In this document: one piece after another, positions 24,722-37,810 of the stretch
Layout: each line of letters opens with the position of its first letter
Position numbering within the stretch: position 1 is the stretch's first letter
Assembly: GCF_018350175.1 (NCBI RefSeq)
Contig: NC_058368.1
Span: 1,488,001 to 1,552,000 of the forward strand
Direction of reading: 5' to 3'
Origin: Felis catus
Lineage: Eukaryota
DNA length: 64,000 nt
Program-made: the position numbers and the translations under genes
Notes under the pieces: model-generated
Databases searched by the model: none
What the model saw: only the letters and a program-made list of their open reading frames with translations
Told to the model about the DNA's origin: nothing

Positions 24722-24917
24722 ATTTTTTTTTAGAAGTTTATTTATTTTGAGGGGGAGAGAGAGTGCAAGCAAGTGTGCATGGGAGAGAAGAAAGAGAAAG
24801 AGTGAGAAAAAATCTCAAGCAGGCTCCACACTGTCAGCACAGAACCCAATGTGTGGCTTGAACTTACAATGAGATCATGGCCTGAGCCAAACTGACTAAG
24901 CCACCCAGGTGGCCCCC
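24722..24917 (-). mobile_element. Can-SINE (partly deleted) within L1
   Basis: caagcaggctccacactgtcagcacagaaccc...gccacccaggtggccccc. Confidence 0.9.
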
Positions 24918-24966
24918 ACAAATTTTAATAAGTTGTGTTTTCATTTTCATTTTGTTCAAAATACTT

Positions 24967-24984
24967 TTTTAATGTTTTATTTAT

Positions 24985-25041
<57 letters not shown>

Positions 25042-25225
25042 CACCACGCATAAGCGGGGGAGGGGCAGAGAGAGAGGGACAGATGAGAGGGACAGATGAT
25101 CTGAAGTGGGCTCTGTGCTGACAGGATGACAACAATGAGCCTAACGTGAGCTCAAACTCACAGAATTCAAGGTCACGACCTGGGCCTAAGTTGGATGCTC
25201 AACTGACTGAGCCACCCAGGCACCC
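24967..25225 (-). mobile_element. Can-SINE with (GA)n microsatellite
   Basis: (GA)n at 24988-25039; TSD gttcaaaatactt at 24954-24966 and 25228-25240. Confidence 0.92.
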
Positions 25226-27590
25226 TGGTTCAAAATACTTCAAAATTTCCCTTGAAATTTCTTCCTGGATCAATGTGTTATTTAGAAACATACTGTTTAA
25301 TCTCCATGTATTTAGGGATTTTCCAGTTATCTTTCTGTTACTGATTTCTCGTTTAATTTCACTGTGATATGACAGCAGACATTCCACGGTTTCTATTCTT
25401 TTACTTGTGTTAAAGTGTGTTTTCTGGCCCATCATGTGATCTGCCCTGACGAATTTTCCACGTGAGCTTGAGAAACATGTGTATCCTACTGTTGTTAGAT
25501 GAAGCAGTCTACAGATGTCAATTATACCCAGTTGATCGTGGCGTTGTGAGTTTAACTATGTCCTTACTGATTGTCTGCCTGCTGCATCCGTGCATTTCTG
25601 AGACAAGTGTTCAAGACTCTAACTACAGTAGTGCATCTATTTCTCCTTGGAGTTCTAGCAGTTTTTGTCTCATATAATTTGACACTCTGTTGTTAGGCAC
25701 ATACATATTAAGAATTGCACATCTTCTTGGAGAAATGACCCCTTTATCACTATGTTATGCCCTCTCTATCCCTAACAATTTGCCCTGCTGAGAAATCTGC
25801 TCTATCTGAAATTAATATAGCTACTCCTGCTTTCTTTTGATTAGTGTTAGCATGGTACATTTTTCTCCATCCATTTACTGTTAATCTATGTGTATCTTTA
25901 GATGTAAAATTAGGCTCTGATAACCCCAGCAGATCAGGCTCTGGTTAATAAGTTTCCTGAGAGCAGGAATTGTTAAGAACAGAGTACTCTGGCTTATTCT
26001 GAAATCATTCCTTTCCCCATCCTCCTTCCATAAGTCCCAGGATATTTTTCTCCTCTATTTACTGTAAGAAGCTAGTTGAGCTCCTGAAGGTAAATCTCAT
26101 GTAATTGTGGGGGCTCTCTATGACCGGGTCTCCCCGGACTTTTTAACTCTCAGAGTTCTCCACACTAAGCCACCAGCAATTGGCAAATACAGTTTTTTCC
26201 ATTTCAGCATGGTTCACATGGTGGTTTCTGCTCATGAGTCTCTGCTCGTAAGCCACGAAATCCCTATATTTGTCTGTTTCTCCAATTTTGAGGGCTGCAG
26301 TTTTCCCTGTGTTTTCCTTTCTCTTATAGATCCAAGAAGAATGTTGATTTTTCAGTCTGTTCAGCTTTTTACTTGTGAGGATAGAATGGCAACTTCCAAG
26401 CCTGGAAGTCCTAGCAATGTACTATAAATGAGCATGTAAAAGTAAAGGTAGGCTAATAATTGTACAAGGAATGTGAAGCAACATAATAATATTAAAAGGT
26501 AGCCTTTGATTAAAGGCTTAAGCCCTATGGCCACTATAAGTAATAAATCAATAATGGAGATGAAATAGAATCAAAGAAATATTCACTTAACACAAGAACA
26601 GGAAAAATAAAAAAATAGCAAGTAGAAGAAAACAGCAAAGAAAACAGAATATTTTAAGTCACCTGTATTAGCAATCACATTACATGTGAATGGTCTAAAC
26701 ACACCAATTAAAAGTCAGAGACTGTCAGACTGGATTAAAAAGCAAGGCCCAACTCTAAGATATCCAGAAGCTACTTTAAATATATATACTTAGATAGGCT
26801 AAAAATAAAAGAAGGAAACCTATCTCCTGCAAACACTAATGAAAGAAACTGGTATTTGCTCTATTAATATCCAGAAAAGCAGATCTAACAAGAAATACTA
26901 TCCGGGATAAAGGTAAGCAATTTATAATGATAAAGAGGTCAATGTTTCAAGAAAATATAACAATCCCAAATGTTTATGTACTTAAGAACAGAGATACAAA
27001 ATACATGAGGTAAAAACTGAAAGGAAATATAGACAAATGCACAATTGTTACTGGAGACCTCAATAGTTCACTCTCAGAACAAGTAGACAGAAAATCAATA
27101 AGGTTTTAGCAGACCTGAATAATATTATCAATCCACTTGATCTACTTGACTTTTACAGACCAATCCACCTACAAAACAGCAGAATACATACTTTTTTTCT
27201 GATGCACATGGAGTATTCACCAAGATAGATCATATTTTGGGCCATGAAACAAATATTAAATTTAAAAGAATAAAAATCATACAAATATGGTCTCTGACCA
27301 TAGTTGAAGTAAAGTAGAAATCAATAACAGAAGAATATATGGGAAATGTCCCAGATATTTGGGAATTAAACAAGTACTTCTAAATAATCCATACATTGAA
27401 GCAGAATTCTCATGAGGAATTAGGAAATATTTCATATTTGTTGAAGATGAAAATCCAATATTTGAAATTCATTAGATTCAACTAAAGCAGAGCTGAGAGT
27501 AAAATTTATAGCATAAAATGTTACATTTATAAAGAAGAAAGGTTTCAAAACTTTAATCCAAGTCTCTACCTTAAGACAGTAGAATAAGAG

Positions 27591-27789
27591 GAGTGCCTGG
27601 GTGGCTCAGTCGGTTAAGCATCTGACTTTGGCTGAGGTCATGATCTCACAGTTCATGGGTTCGAGCCCCGCGTCGGGCTCTGTGCTGACAGCTCAGAGCC
27701 TGTTTCAGATTCTGTGTCTCCCTCTCTCTCGGCCCTTGCCCTGTTCACGCTCTGTCTCTGTCTCAAGAATAAATAAACATTAAAAAAAA
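27591..27789 (+). mobile_element. Can-SINE within L1
   Basis: Perfect 18-bp TSD aagacagtagaataagag at 27573-27590 and 27790-27807. Confidence 0.95.
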
Positions 27790-28889
27790 AAGACAGTAGA
27801 ATAAGAGCAAATTAAATCCAAAGAAAGTAGAAGGAGAGAAATAATAAAAATAGGAGGAGAAATCAATGAAATTGAAAACAGAAAAACAATAAAGAAAATC
27901 AATGTAATCAAAGCTAGGTATTTTTTTGGAAAAAAAAATAGAATTGATAAACTTCAAGGCTGACTAACCAACTGAAAAAACAGAGAGAATACACAAATTT
28001 CCAGTATCATGGATGAAAGAGGGTACATCACTACGGGTCCTACAGTCATTAGAAGAACAGTAAAAGAATATTATAAACAATTCTTAATGCCAAGAAATCC
28101 TTATACTTAGATCAAATGGACTAACCATTTGAAAGACACACACAAACTAGTAAAACAGAACAAATAAAACATAGGTGATCATGTAGAAGATGTAGAAAAA
28201 AAATCTGACAAAATTCAACATCCATTATTGATACTAAAAAAAAAAAAAGAAAGAAACTTCTCAGCAAATTATGAATAGAAGAAAGCTTCTTTAACATACA
28301 AAAGGGAAACTACAAAATCCTACAGTTGCAACATACTTAATGGTAAGATCTTAAGATCAAGAAGGCAAGAATGTCTTTTCTCACCGCTTCTTGCCACCAT
28401 TCCACATCACATTGGCAGGCCCAGCCAGTGTAACAAGGCAAGAAAAAGACATAAAAGGCATAGAGATTGAAGAAATGAAACTGTCCCTAAGTAACACATG
28501 AATGTTTACATGGGAGATCCCAAAGAATCTATAAAAAGCTCCTAAAACTAGTAAATGAGCTCAGCAACATAGTAGGATATAGATCAATTAAGTCAACATT
28601 AAAACAATTAGTTTTTATACAGTAGCAATAAAGAATTGAAATTTTTTAAAAAATTAAATATCACTTACAATAGCACACAAAAAAGAATTACTTAGCCATA
28701 AATCTAACAAAATACATGAAGTATCTGTATGACAAAAACTATAAAACGCTGACAAAATAACCCAAAGAAGATATGATAAAATGGAGTGATATACCACACT
28801 CATGAATTAGAAGACTCAACAGTGTTCCTACTTCACCTCAATTTGATCTACTGACTCAACAAAATCCTAACAAAAATTCTAGAAGGTCA

Positions 28890-29092
28890 GGGGCACCCGG
28901 GTGGCTCAGTCGGTTGAGCATCCAACTTCGGCTCAGGTCATGATCTCACAGTTTGTGGGTTCAAGCCCCACGTCGGGCTCTGTGCTGACAGCTCAGAGCC
29001 TGGAGCCTACTTCAGATTCTGTGTCTCCCTCTCTCTGCCCCTGCCCAACTTGTGTGTGCACTCTCTCTCTCAAAAATAAACGCTAAAATATT
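28890..29092 (+). mobile_element. Can-SINE within L1
   Basis: ggggcacccgggtggctcagtcggttgagc head, CT tract, aataaa tail. Confidence 0.93.
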
Positions 29093-30180
29093 TTTTTGAA
29101 ACTAAAAACTTTCACTGTGGGACTGTCAAACTGAAGCAATAAATTACAACCTAGGAGAAAATATTTGCAAATCATATTTCTGAGAAAAAAACTTGTATCC
29201 AGAATATATAAAGACCTCCCAAATCTTGATATAAGAAAACCGAAGCTTTTAAAAAATAGGCAAAAGATCTAAATCGATACTTTGTGAAGATATGGATGGA
29301 AAACAAGCACATGAAATGATCCTCAACACCACCAGTGACTAGGCAAAGGCAAATCAAAGCCACAATGACATACTGCTACATTTCGATTAGAATGGAAAAG
29401 GAAAAAGACAATACCAAGTGCTGACAAGCAGTCAGAACATGTGGAACCCTCCTTAGCGCTAGTGGGAATGCAAAATTACACAGTCATTTTGGAAAACAGG
29501 TTTGCAGTTTCTTATAAATTTTATACATGTGCACAATCTATTTACCTAACAGAAGTAAAATTTATGTGCATACAAAAACCTGTATGTGAGGTTTATAGTA
29601 TCTTCATTAAAAATGACCCCAAAGTGGAAACAAATCAGCTGTCTTTCAACTGATGAACAGATAAACAACACTGTACAACCTTACAATGGATTACTCCTCA
29701 CCAACAAAAAGAAGTCTGCTGGTCAACACAACAACACGATTGAAACTTAAACCCATTTTGCTAAAGGACAGAAGCCAAACCCAAAAGGTTACAGATTACA
29801 TGATTTCATTTACAAAATCTTGGCACGGAGAAGAGGGAGGGAAATCATAGGGATAGAAAACAGGTTAGTTGTAGCCTTGACTATAAAATGACGTCATTTG
29901 GGGTGATGGAACTGTTCTGGAAGGAGCTGTGGAGTGGACACAAAACTCTACACATGGGTCAAAACCCACAGCACTGTACACCCCAATGAATGAATTTTTT
30001 GAATGAAATTGTTTTGTAAAAAATCATCCAGGGCATGGGGGAGTCCAAAATGAATTTCAGGCTATGGCAAATGAACCCAACTATTTTACAAATGAATTAC
30101 GTGATTGCCCTGAGATGAGTAGGTAAGAAAGGAGCTGGCCTAAGTGACTTTGGAAAACGGTGCTTTTCCTGCTTTAAAAT

Positions 30181-30382
30181 GTTTTTTAATGTTTATTTAT
30201 ATTTGAAAGAGAGAGAGCACAAGCAGGGGAAGGACAGCGAGAGACAGAGACAGAATCTGAAGCAGGCTCCAGGCTCTGAGCTGTCAGCACTGAGCCCAAC
30301 GCGGGGCTCGAACCCACAAGCCATGAGATCAAGACCTGAGCCAAAGTCAGATGCTTAACTGACTGAACCATCCAGGCACCCC
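30181..30382 (-). mobile_element. Can-SINE
   Basis: Reverse-complement full-length SINE. Confidence 0.93.
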
Positions 30383-32429
30383 TGACAGCTTTAAAGGAAA
30401 AGACAAGAACTGTGCAGAGTCACTGTGCTGGAGCTGGTAGGTTTGTTTTTCACAAGAGGTATGGGTTAGCAGTTTTGAAACATACAGGGTTGAACAAATA
30501 AACAAATGCGTCGTAGATAATGCGAGCCAGTGTTTCACTGTCAAAGTACAAATAAAGAAAGGATAAATAAAAAAGGCGGGGAGGCTAGGATGAACCCTGT
30601 AGAGCTAGCCGGATGGACTTCGGAGGTATGATCATATGAACCTGTGAGTTTTGTTTTTGTTTTTTAATACGCATCTATGGGGAGACACATACAGACACGA
30701 AAACAGGTATGTGTGTACATGCACGTATTATGCAGATATGGGTTAGCATGCACGTATTTCCTAGCTCCAGCCGAGGGGGGAGCGTCCGGGCGGCAGGGGA
30801 CACGCGGAGCAGGCCAGTCTTGCTTTCTGAGTCAGCAGGGCCTGCAGCCTCTTCCCTCCCAATTCGGACCCGGTTTGCTCTCCGGCGTTGCATCCTCCCT
30901 CCGGGTGCTGGCTGAGCTAGTCTTCTGAGAAGTGATAAAACCATCCCCTTTAAAAAACAAATATTTTACTTCCCAAACCATGCCTAAAGAGTAAAATGAA
31001 TTCTTTACACTAATTTTTTCAAAAGAATGTTGTAGGGTCATTGTTAGAAGATTTAGATAGGACACGTTAATAAGGACGTAAAATGCTCATACTCCCACGA
31101 CCAACCATTGCTGTGCCTGCTTTTTTTTTTCCAATGCATATTCTCATTTGAAACTGAACATTTTCTGAAGTTTACAATATATACCATGTACTTCCATTTT
31201 TGTGACTGCTCATGTTATGTAGATCTGGAAAAATGATTAGAATATGATACAACAAAACACGAACCATAAGTTTCTCTGGGCGGTAACATGGGTTATGTTT
31301 GTCACATCTTTCTTATACATCCTCTTCCTACCTAAAATGTGTTTTTGTGATCAAGACCAGACATAAAACTAACACTCCCTACATCATGGTCAAAACAGCA
31401 ACCTATTATATACATATACATATAGCATTATATATATATTGTTGTATCTTGTTATATAATATATATATACATAATCACATTGTGATTAAGAAAATTTGAG
31501 CCACAACCTAAAAATGAGAAATAAAATTTCTGGTTTCTCGCCTGGTTGGCTAGTGTGAAAAATCGGGAGATCCAGCCAATACCAGGTGATCTTCCTGGGG
31601 ACGAGTGCCACTGGGCCTTTTGGAAGGGTCCTTAGTTCACTGCTGCTCAACCTGACCAAGTCACCCTCACATCCCCAGTCAGGCCCCTGTAGGATTTAAG
31701 TTTCCATCCCTGCTCTAAGCAAAGGGAATCGACGTGTATGGGAATCAATTAGAGTTACTCCTGCTGAAGAGAATCCCAATCAACCTATATATAGGATTTA
31801 AAATATCCCGAAGAGGTCTACTGAAAATGAAAACTTCTCATCACACATATGTGAGTACCGTTTTCATCAAAGAAAGGTTTCTGCAGCTCACCGCCTATTC
31901 ACCTCCTGCCTTCTCCCTGCCCCGCTTCCCCACCCTCCGTTTAAAAAAAACGTGCGTTACACTTCCTGTTCACCTTGCCTTCACCTCTCAGCCTCTCTCC
32001 CATGACGCAACGTGTTATTCCCTCTCTTCTCTTCACAATTCACCACTGTAGACGTATTTACCTCTCAGAAGATCTTTCCTTCCTATCCCGGGCCCCCCTT
32101 GCCTTCTTAACCAGCTACTCTCCTGCGACGTTCCCCTGTGCCACCCCACACTCCCCATGGCCTTTCTACAACCTCTTCTGTAACCCAGGACAGGAAAACC
32201 ATTCTCGTGGAGGATGGACGGGTGAGGGGCTCTGGGAAAGAACAGATGGGGGGGAAGAAGCCACAGCAACAGAAGGTAGGCAGATGAAAAGGGGGGCGTG
32301 CCGTTGCCAATGTGCTGCCTTTGCTGCAAACCCACACTTCTTTGCCCTTCTCTGCAATACTCTGGGGAGAAGGGGCTCCTCTGCCTGGTCAGGGGGCTCC
32401 CCCTTCTTCCGGCTCTTCCCGCATAGGCT

Positions 32430-32892
32430 GCCAGTGGGATGTGTGCACAATATCCAGGGTGGCTCACCCTCCAGCAAGACTGCAGCTCTCCACCTTAGCC
32501 TGCCGGCACCCTGGCTGGAGGCTTCCTGCTCCCAGTCCCCGCTCAAGATTTCCGGCCTAACCAGCCTCCGCCACTCCTGTCTGCCAGCCTGCCCCCGCAG
32601 CTACAGACCAGCTATAGACCAGGGCATCCCAGGGAATGAGAGCGTGTCCTTCAACCGCTGGGCCACAGCCACACCTCCAGCAAGGTCTGCGCCTCAGCCC
32701 TAAGCTGGGGACACATTCCAAGTTTGTTCCTTTCCTGGCATTCTCCCTCAGCCCAAGGGTGTTCTTTAATGTTCTCTTTGATCCTCTCTTAGAAGGTAAT
32801 CCCCTATCACTAGTTAGTAATTTCTTCTATTAAATTTTCCCTGTTCGAATGCTAATGTGGTCTTGTCTCCTCGCAGGGCTCTGACTAACACG
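32430..32892 (+). mobile_element. ERVL (MLT2-like) LTR remnant
   Basis: 3' end attaaattttccctgttcgaat...tgtggtcttgtctcct...ctgactaaca and internal gatttccggcctaaccagcc motif. Confidence 0.55.
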
Positions 32893-33179
32893 AAAGACCA
32901 GGCGTGTTCTTTGGACTCCTGGGCCTGAAACAACCCTGCCGCACCCAAAATAGTTCTCAAAACTCAACCCACAAAACTTTGGGCTATTCCGAATGGTCTC
33001 TCTAAATTTGTGAGGTTGGCTGATGTGGAAATTAGTTCAGACGAAACGCAACATCCAGCCCATTTCAGGATGACAATGCAAAAATACATCACTAGAACTA
33101 TGGCCTTTACTTAACCAGAAATCTTCAATTTACTTTTAGCTCAGGAAAAAAATATGAAAACGGAAGATAAACCTTGACC

Positions 33180-33530
33180 GACGGATGACTTACTAAATAT
33201 ACAACCTCAGTCAACTGAGCTCCCTAGTCTGTAAAACGGGGATCACACCCCCCCCGCCAAGGGCCTGCAAGTGAGGCCATGTGTTCGGGCCAACTCTGTG
33301 CCAGGCACCTTTCCGAATGCCGTACACGGATGAGCTCATTTGGCACACGTTTATTTACTCACTCGACTGTCGTGACCGCCGGATGGTCATGGGGACAGTT
33401 ATTATTATCATTGCACTGAGGATGAAACTGAAGCACACAGGGGTGGTCCAAGCTGGTGGCTCGGGCCACCCAGGTAACAAGTGGCAGAAGTGAAAGGGAG
33501 CCAGGACATCGGCCTCCAAAGCCAGACCCT
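33180..33530. mobile_element. MIR fragments
   Basis: gtctgtaaaacggggat; attattatcattgcactgaggatgaaactgaagcacacag...aagtggcagaag. Confidence 0.6.
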
Positions 33531-33994
33531 GAATACAGATTCAATCAACCCCAAAGGTCTTTGCAAAAAGTTACAGAAAATACATGGTTTTATTCGTTTA
33601 CTAATTAACCAGAGGAAGAAACCCTGACCAGCAAACAGGTTAAGGGTTAGAAAATACCGTATGCCATCTAATTTGCACACCTTTCCCCTGATGTTTCTGA
33701 AATTAGAAGGTATCTCACAATCAACAGCATTTTCGATACGAGGTAAGACAGCACACACTCAGAATACTCCCAGAAGTTTGAGAGCAAACGTGCTGGCAGA
33801 ATGACAACAGCTGCTCTGGGCGGACAGCTGGTCAAGTGCACACAGGTTTTGCTCATGTACACAGTAACCGAGAGGGAAGGCCCACCCAAGGAGGAGAGTA
33901 CCAGCCACGACGGGTCCAGTTCCGGGCCAGGGAGCCCTCCGAGGTCTCAAACCCCAGACCAGCTACCCGACAGAAATGGAACTTGAGTCGCGTC

Positions 33995-34272
33995 CGCAAT
34001 TCTTAATTTACCAAAAGCCACGGTTTTAAAAAGTAGAAAGAAATACATGAACTTAGTTTTAATAACATTTTATTTTCCTCCATATGTGCGAATATTGCCA
34101 TTTCAACGTATAACCGATATTAAAAATTATTGAGATATATTACATTCTTTTCTCCATAGCAAGTAAAATCCACCGGGATCTTACACTTGACGACACATCT
34201 CGCTTCTGGCCGGTGAGCTTCAGGCACTCGAGAATCACGTGGGGCCTGCGGCTGCCGTGCTGAATGGTGCAA
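33995..34272. mobile_element. MER33/MER3-like hAT MITE
   Basis: tttaataacattttattt...catttcaacgtataaccgatattaaaaattattgagatat...cttacacttgacgacacatctc...cacgtgggg. Confidence 0.7.
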
Positions 34273-35534
34273 CTTTGGACCCAGTTCCCGCAGCAGCCTC
34301 GTGCCCGATGCAAGTCTGTGGCCGAAGTTTTCACCAGCACCCACTTTATCAGCAGTTACCACCAAAGCTACAGTAGAAATCTCTCAAAAGCTCTTTTTAA
34401 AAAACTGTTCAATCCCACCCTTTTAGAACATATGCAAAACTATGCAACAAAATCAGAAGTAGAAAGGAAGGTTTCAACCCCTTCCAATCCATCCTTCACT
34501 GTTAAAAGACTTTTGAATTCTTTTCTAGTTTATACAAACTTACATACAAATGATTTGGATTCTTTCTTTCTTTCTTTTTTTTTTTTTTTTTAACAAAAAT
34601 AGTCCCTACTGTATATACTGGCCAGCAATTCCCCCTCCCTTAACATTTCATAAATGCCTCTAAGAGCCACATGGGCCCCACAGATGGACGCGCCCAACCT
34701 TCACCACGTCTCTATCTGTAGCCATTCACAGTGTTTCCTGTTTTTCATTATCAGTAGCAACGTGGGATGAAGTCTCTGCATGACATCGTGCACATCCCTA
34801 GAAATAGAATTACTAAGGCACAGGGGCGATCAGTTTATTTTTAACAACTAGCTGACAGACAATCCTTCCCAAAAGGAGGCACCAAGGCAGCGGTGGTACC
34901 ACACCCAGGGACGATGGAGAATCCCCAGTTCAGCACACGCTCATCGGCGCTGGATGCTGTTTCACCTCTGCCAACCTCAGAGGCAAAGGCAGAGGGCAGC
35001 TCTTCTTTTCTAAGAGTTCAGGAAGTAAATAACGTACCGGAGAGTAACACACACACGGGAAAGGCACACGTAACAAGCGTGTGGCCGTCTGAGTTTTCGC
35101 AAAAGAAACACTGAAACTCTCCCCTGCCCGGTTGCAGGAGGGCGTCCCAAGGGTAGGGGCTGCCTTGACTTCCACAGCCAGCTGCTTTATTTTGCATTTC
35201 CCTGAATACCAACATTCCCTGAATGCTATCATCTTTTCATACATTTACTATTTGGTTTTCCTTTGGGCAAATTTCGTGTTCCTATCCTCTGCCCATTTTT
35301 ATATCGGTTCTTGGTCCCTTATTTATTTAGATTTCTTTTAATATGATCTGGACACTGCAAATACTTCTTCCTCGTCTACTACTTATCTTTTGATTTTGTT
35401 CACAGAATCTCTTGTCTAACAGAAGTCCCTAGGTCCTATCAGACCCTAGGTTTCATAGCTCACTTTGAAAGCCCCTCTTATCCCAATGTTATAGGACCTG
35501 TACTATCTTCTAAAACATCTTAGCATTTTTAAAA

Positions 35535-35746
35535 AATGTTTTCATGTTTACTTATTTTGAGAGAGAGAGAGAATGCATGCATGAGCAGGGGAGGGGCAGA
35601 GAGAGACAGAGACAGAGATTCCCAAGGAGGCTCCCCACTGTCAGCACAGAGCCCAACACAGGGCTCAACCCATGAACCTCGACATGGTGACCTGAGCCGA
35701 AATCAAGAGCGGGACGCTCAACTGACTGAGCCACCCAGGCACCCCC
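35535..35746 (-). mobile_element. Can-SINE
   Basis: Flanked by catct(t)tagcatttt repeats (TSD). Confidence 0.93.
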
Positions 35747-35899
35747 ATCTTAGCATTTTAAAAATATTTATTTAATCCATCACATGCTTATTTTTATGTA
35801 TTTATTTTTAGATATAGCATATAGTAAACTGTGCTAGTCTTTATTGAAAAGATGGCAGTTCTACAAGCCACTCTTTCTTTAGACCACAGACCTGAGCAC

Positions 35900-36515
35900 C
35901 AGGGTAAATACTGGCATTACAAATATCAAGCTGACACGGTCTTGCCCTCAAGTGGGTCTTAACCAAGAAGAGAAACACCCAAATAAACTACCACAATGTG
36001 GCATGAGTCATCCTGTACTAAAATCCTTAAGTGGCTCAGTGGGGGGATAAAACCTGAGTGATTCTGGTAGAAGCAGAGGGGGCGAGGGAGAGAGTCATTT
36101 CAGAAGGCCTCGCCGAAAGCCTTGCGGTCTGTCGCATAAGGGAACAGGACTTTCCCCCAAGCACGGGTGTGTTCGCGGGCCTCTGAAGAGCTCAGTTTGG
36201 CAGGAGGAGAGGGTGGAAGAGAAGGCAGGGAACATGCCACAGAAGGCTTGCAGACCGGGCCAAGGAGCTCAGCTTCTCTCCCGTTGCCAGCGGGAAATGA
36301 CTGCAGGGTTTAAAATGACCGACTGAATGGCCACTTAGAAAGAATCGAAAGCGAGGGCAAACGAGAACAAGAAAAGATGGATTCCAGAACTATTACAGGA
36401 AGTGGAATCATCTGTTGGATGTGGGGAGTCTGAGAGTGGGAGGTCGGAAGAGGATGAGGTGAGAAGGGCTCCCGGGCTTCTGGCTCGGGGGTCGGCAGAT
36501 GGTGATGCCAGTGGC
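35900..36515 (-). mobile_element. L2 relic
   Basis: ggtcttgccctcaag..., gccaaggagctcagcttctctcc...gcagggtttta..., gttggatgtgggg...ttctggctcggg motifs of antisense L2. Confidence 0.55.
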
Positions 36516-37134
36516 AATCTCCAGGGAATCTTGACACAGATGACTATCTCTGGAGTAGGTGGATATTTAGGACACCCTTTCAGCACTCCTACAGTAACAG
36601 CAATGACCAAATCTGTTGCCTGAAAACAGAGCAACAAAACAAACTAGGACACGTTTGAGCACTGCCCGGAAGAGGGTTCTGGAATCCAGCCAGGCCTCTA
36701 AAGAAGACGGTGATATTTCCACGGCTTTGGCAATGTGGATATTTCGCTGGCAGCCTCCATTAGCCGGGATGCCATCACACAGCGTAAGCCACTCTGCAGC
36801 CTACATTTGAAATAATAACTAAGTAGTTTCACTCGTAGCCACATTTTCAAGAAAAGATCACGAGGTTCACCCACTTGGCTTTGTGCGGGTCTGTGGCTAC
36901 TGCCTAAAGCCAAGGTTCTCTGCAGGGAGAGTGGGGCGGGGCCTCTGGTTTGGCAGTTCACCTGATTCTGGTTAACTACAGGGGAGGAGGCTACTGAGTT
37001 TATTCCTTCCTAAAGTAATAGGCACATGATGCAGTTTTTCTAATACTTGCGGGAAATGCACATTTCCACAGCTTTCATAATCAGAAATACAGCCAAAGTT
37101 GCCCATATTGAACTCGGATATAAAAAAGCACAGG

Positions 37135-37294
37135 TACTCATCACAAGGAAAAGAATGTAACTATGTAAGATAACAGGTGTTGACTTACTGTGGTATTTCA
37201 CAATATGTACAAATATCGAATCATTATGTTCTACAGCTGAGTCTAATATAATGTTTATTGTGCTGTATATCCATTGTACCTCAATAAAAAAAAA
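37135..37294 (+). mobile_element. L1 3' end (L1MA9/L1_Carn-like) with AATAAA and A tail
   Basis: tgtaactatgt...atttcacaatatgtacaaatatcgaatcattatgtt...tacctcaataaaaaaaaa. Confidence 0.8.
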
Positions 37295-37585
37295 GCCATT
37301 CACCTCTTCACTGTAACCAGTAAGAAACAGAACCACATGACTTCTGGGTAATTCAATTCCTGCTTTTCCTCCCTGTTTGTCACAAGCTAAAATTAAAAAA
37401 AAAAAAGAAATACCTAAAAGAAAAAAAAAGTGATCACTTCTCCACGGTCACTGAGGCTCTGACATGACTGCATCCTAGGGGATTCAATTCTGTTTTTCCT
37501 CATTTGTCCTCTGCTAAAACAACAAAAAAGAAATACTGAAAAGAAAAAAAAAGCGTAAATAAAACTGCTGGCAAAAGAAACTCCA

Positions 37586-37741
37586 GGGGCGCCTGGTGGC
37601 TCAGTCCATTAAGTGTCCCACTTCTGCTCAGATCATGATCTCACAGCTCGTAAGCTCAAGCCTCATGTCAGGCTCAGAGCCTGGAGCCTGCTTCAAATTT
37701 TGTGTCTCCGTCTCTCTCTGCCTCTCCCCCACTTACCCTGC

Positions 37742-37778
<37 letters not shown>

Positions 37779-37810
37779 AAAAATAAACATTAAAAAAACT
37801 TAAAAAAAAA
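37586..37810 (+). mobile_element. Can-SINE (internal deletion, (CT)n)
   Basis: ggggcgcctggtggctcagtcc head, (TC)n tract, A tail. Confidence 0.92.

Larger units (their letters stand above)
23852..26410 (-). mobile_element. Inverted L1 inserted in the + strand L1 (ORF2 EN-to-Z region and probable 5' segment)
   Basis: Minus-strand ORFs 24037..24309 (LPKLTQEEIDDLN), 24443..24772 (WYAVKAVIRGKFIALNA), 25199..25435 (LSYHSEIKREISNRK...WRLNSMFLNN) are L1 ORF2 pieces. Confidence 0.88.
26415..30940 (+). mobile_element. Old L1 (right part): ORF2 relic and L1M-type 3' UTR pieces (L1MD-like at 30000-30940)
   Basis: EN start acattacatgtgaatggtctaaacacaccaattaaaagtcagagactgtcagactggatt (TLNVNGLNTPIKRQRLSDWI relic), ggagacctcaat (GDFN), gaccatag (SDH), RT and C-terminal remnants, then 3' UTR motifs. 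Confidence 0.85.

Noticed and set aside
27601..27783. Recurring short ORFs MAQSVKHLTLAQVMIS... across the window
   Set aside because: Translations of the SINE consensus, not a gene family.
31975..32703. 242-aa ORF, longest in the track
   Set aside because: No recognisable domain, low-complexity S/P/A/L composition, overlaps an LTR relic; typical chance ORF.
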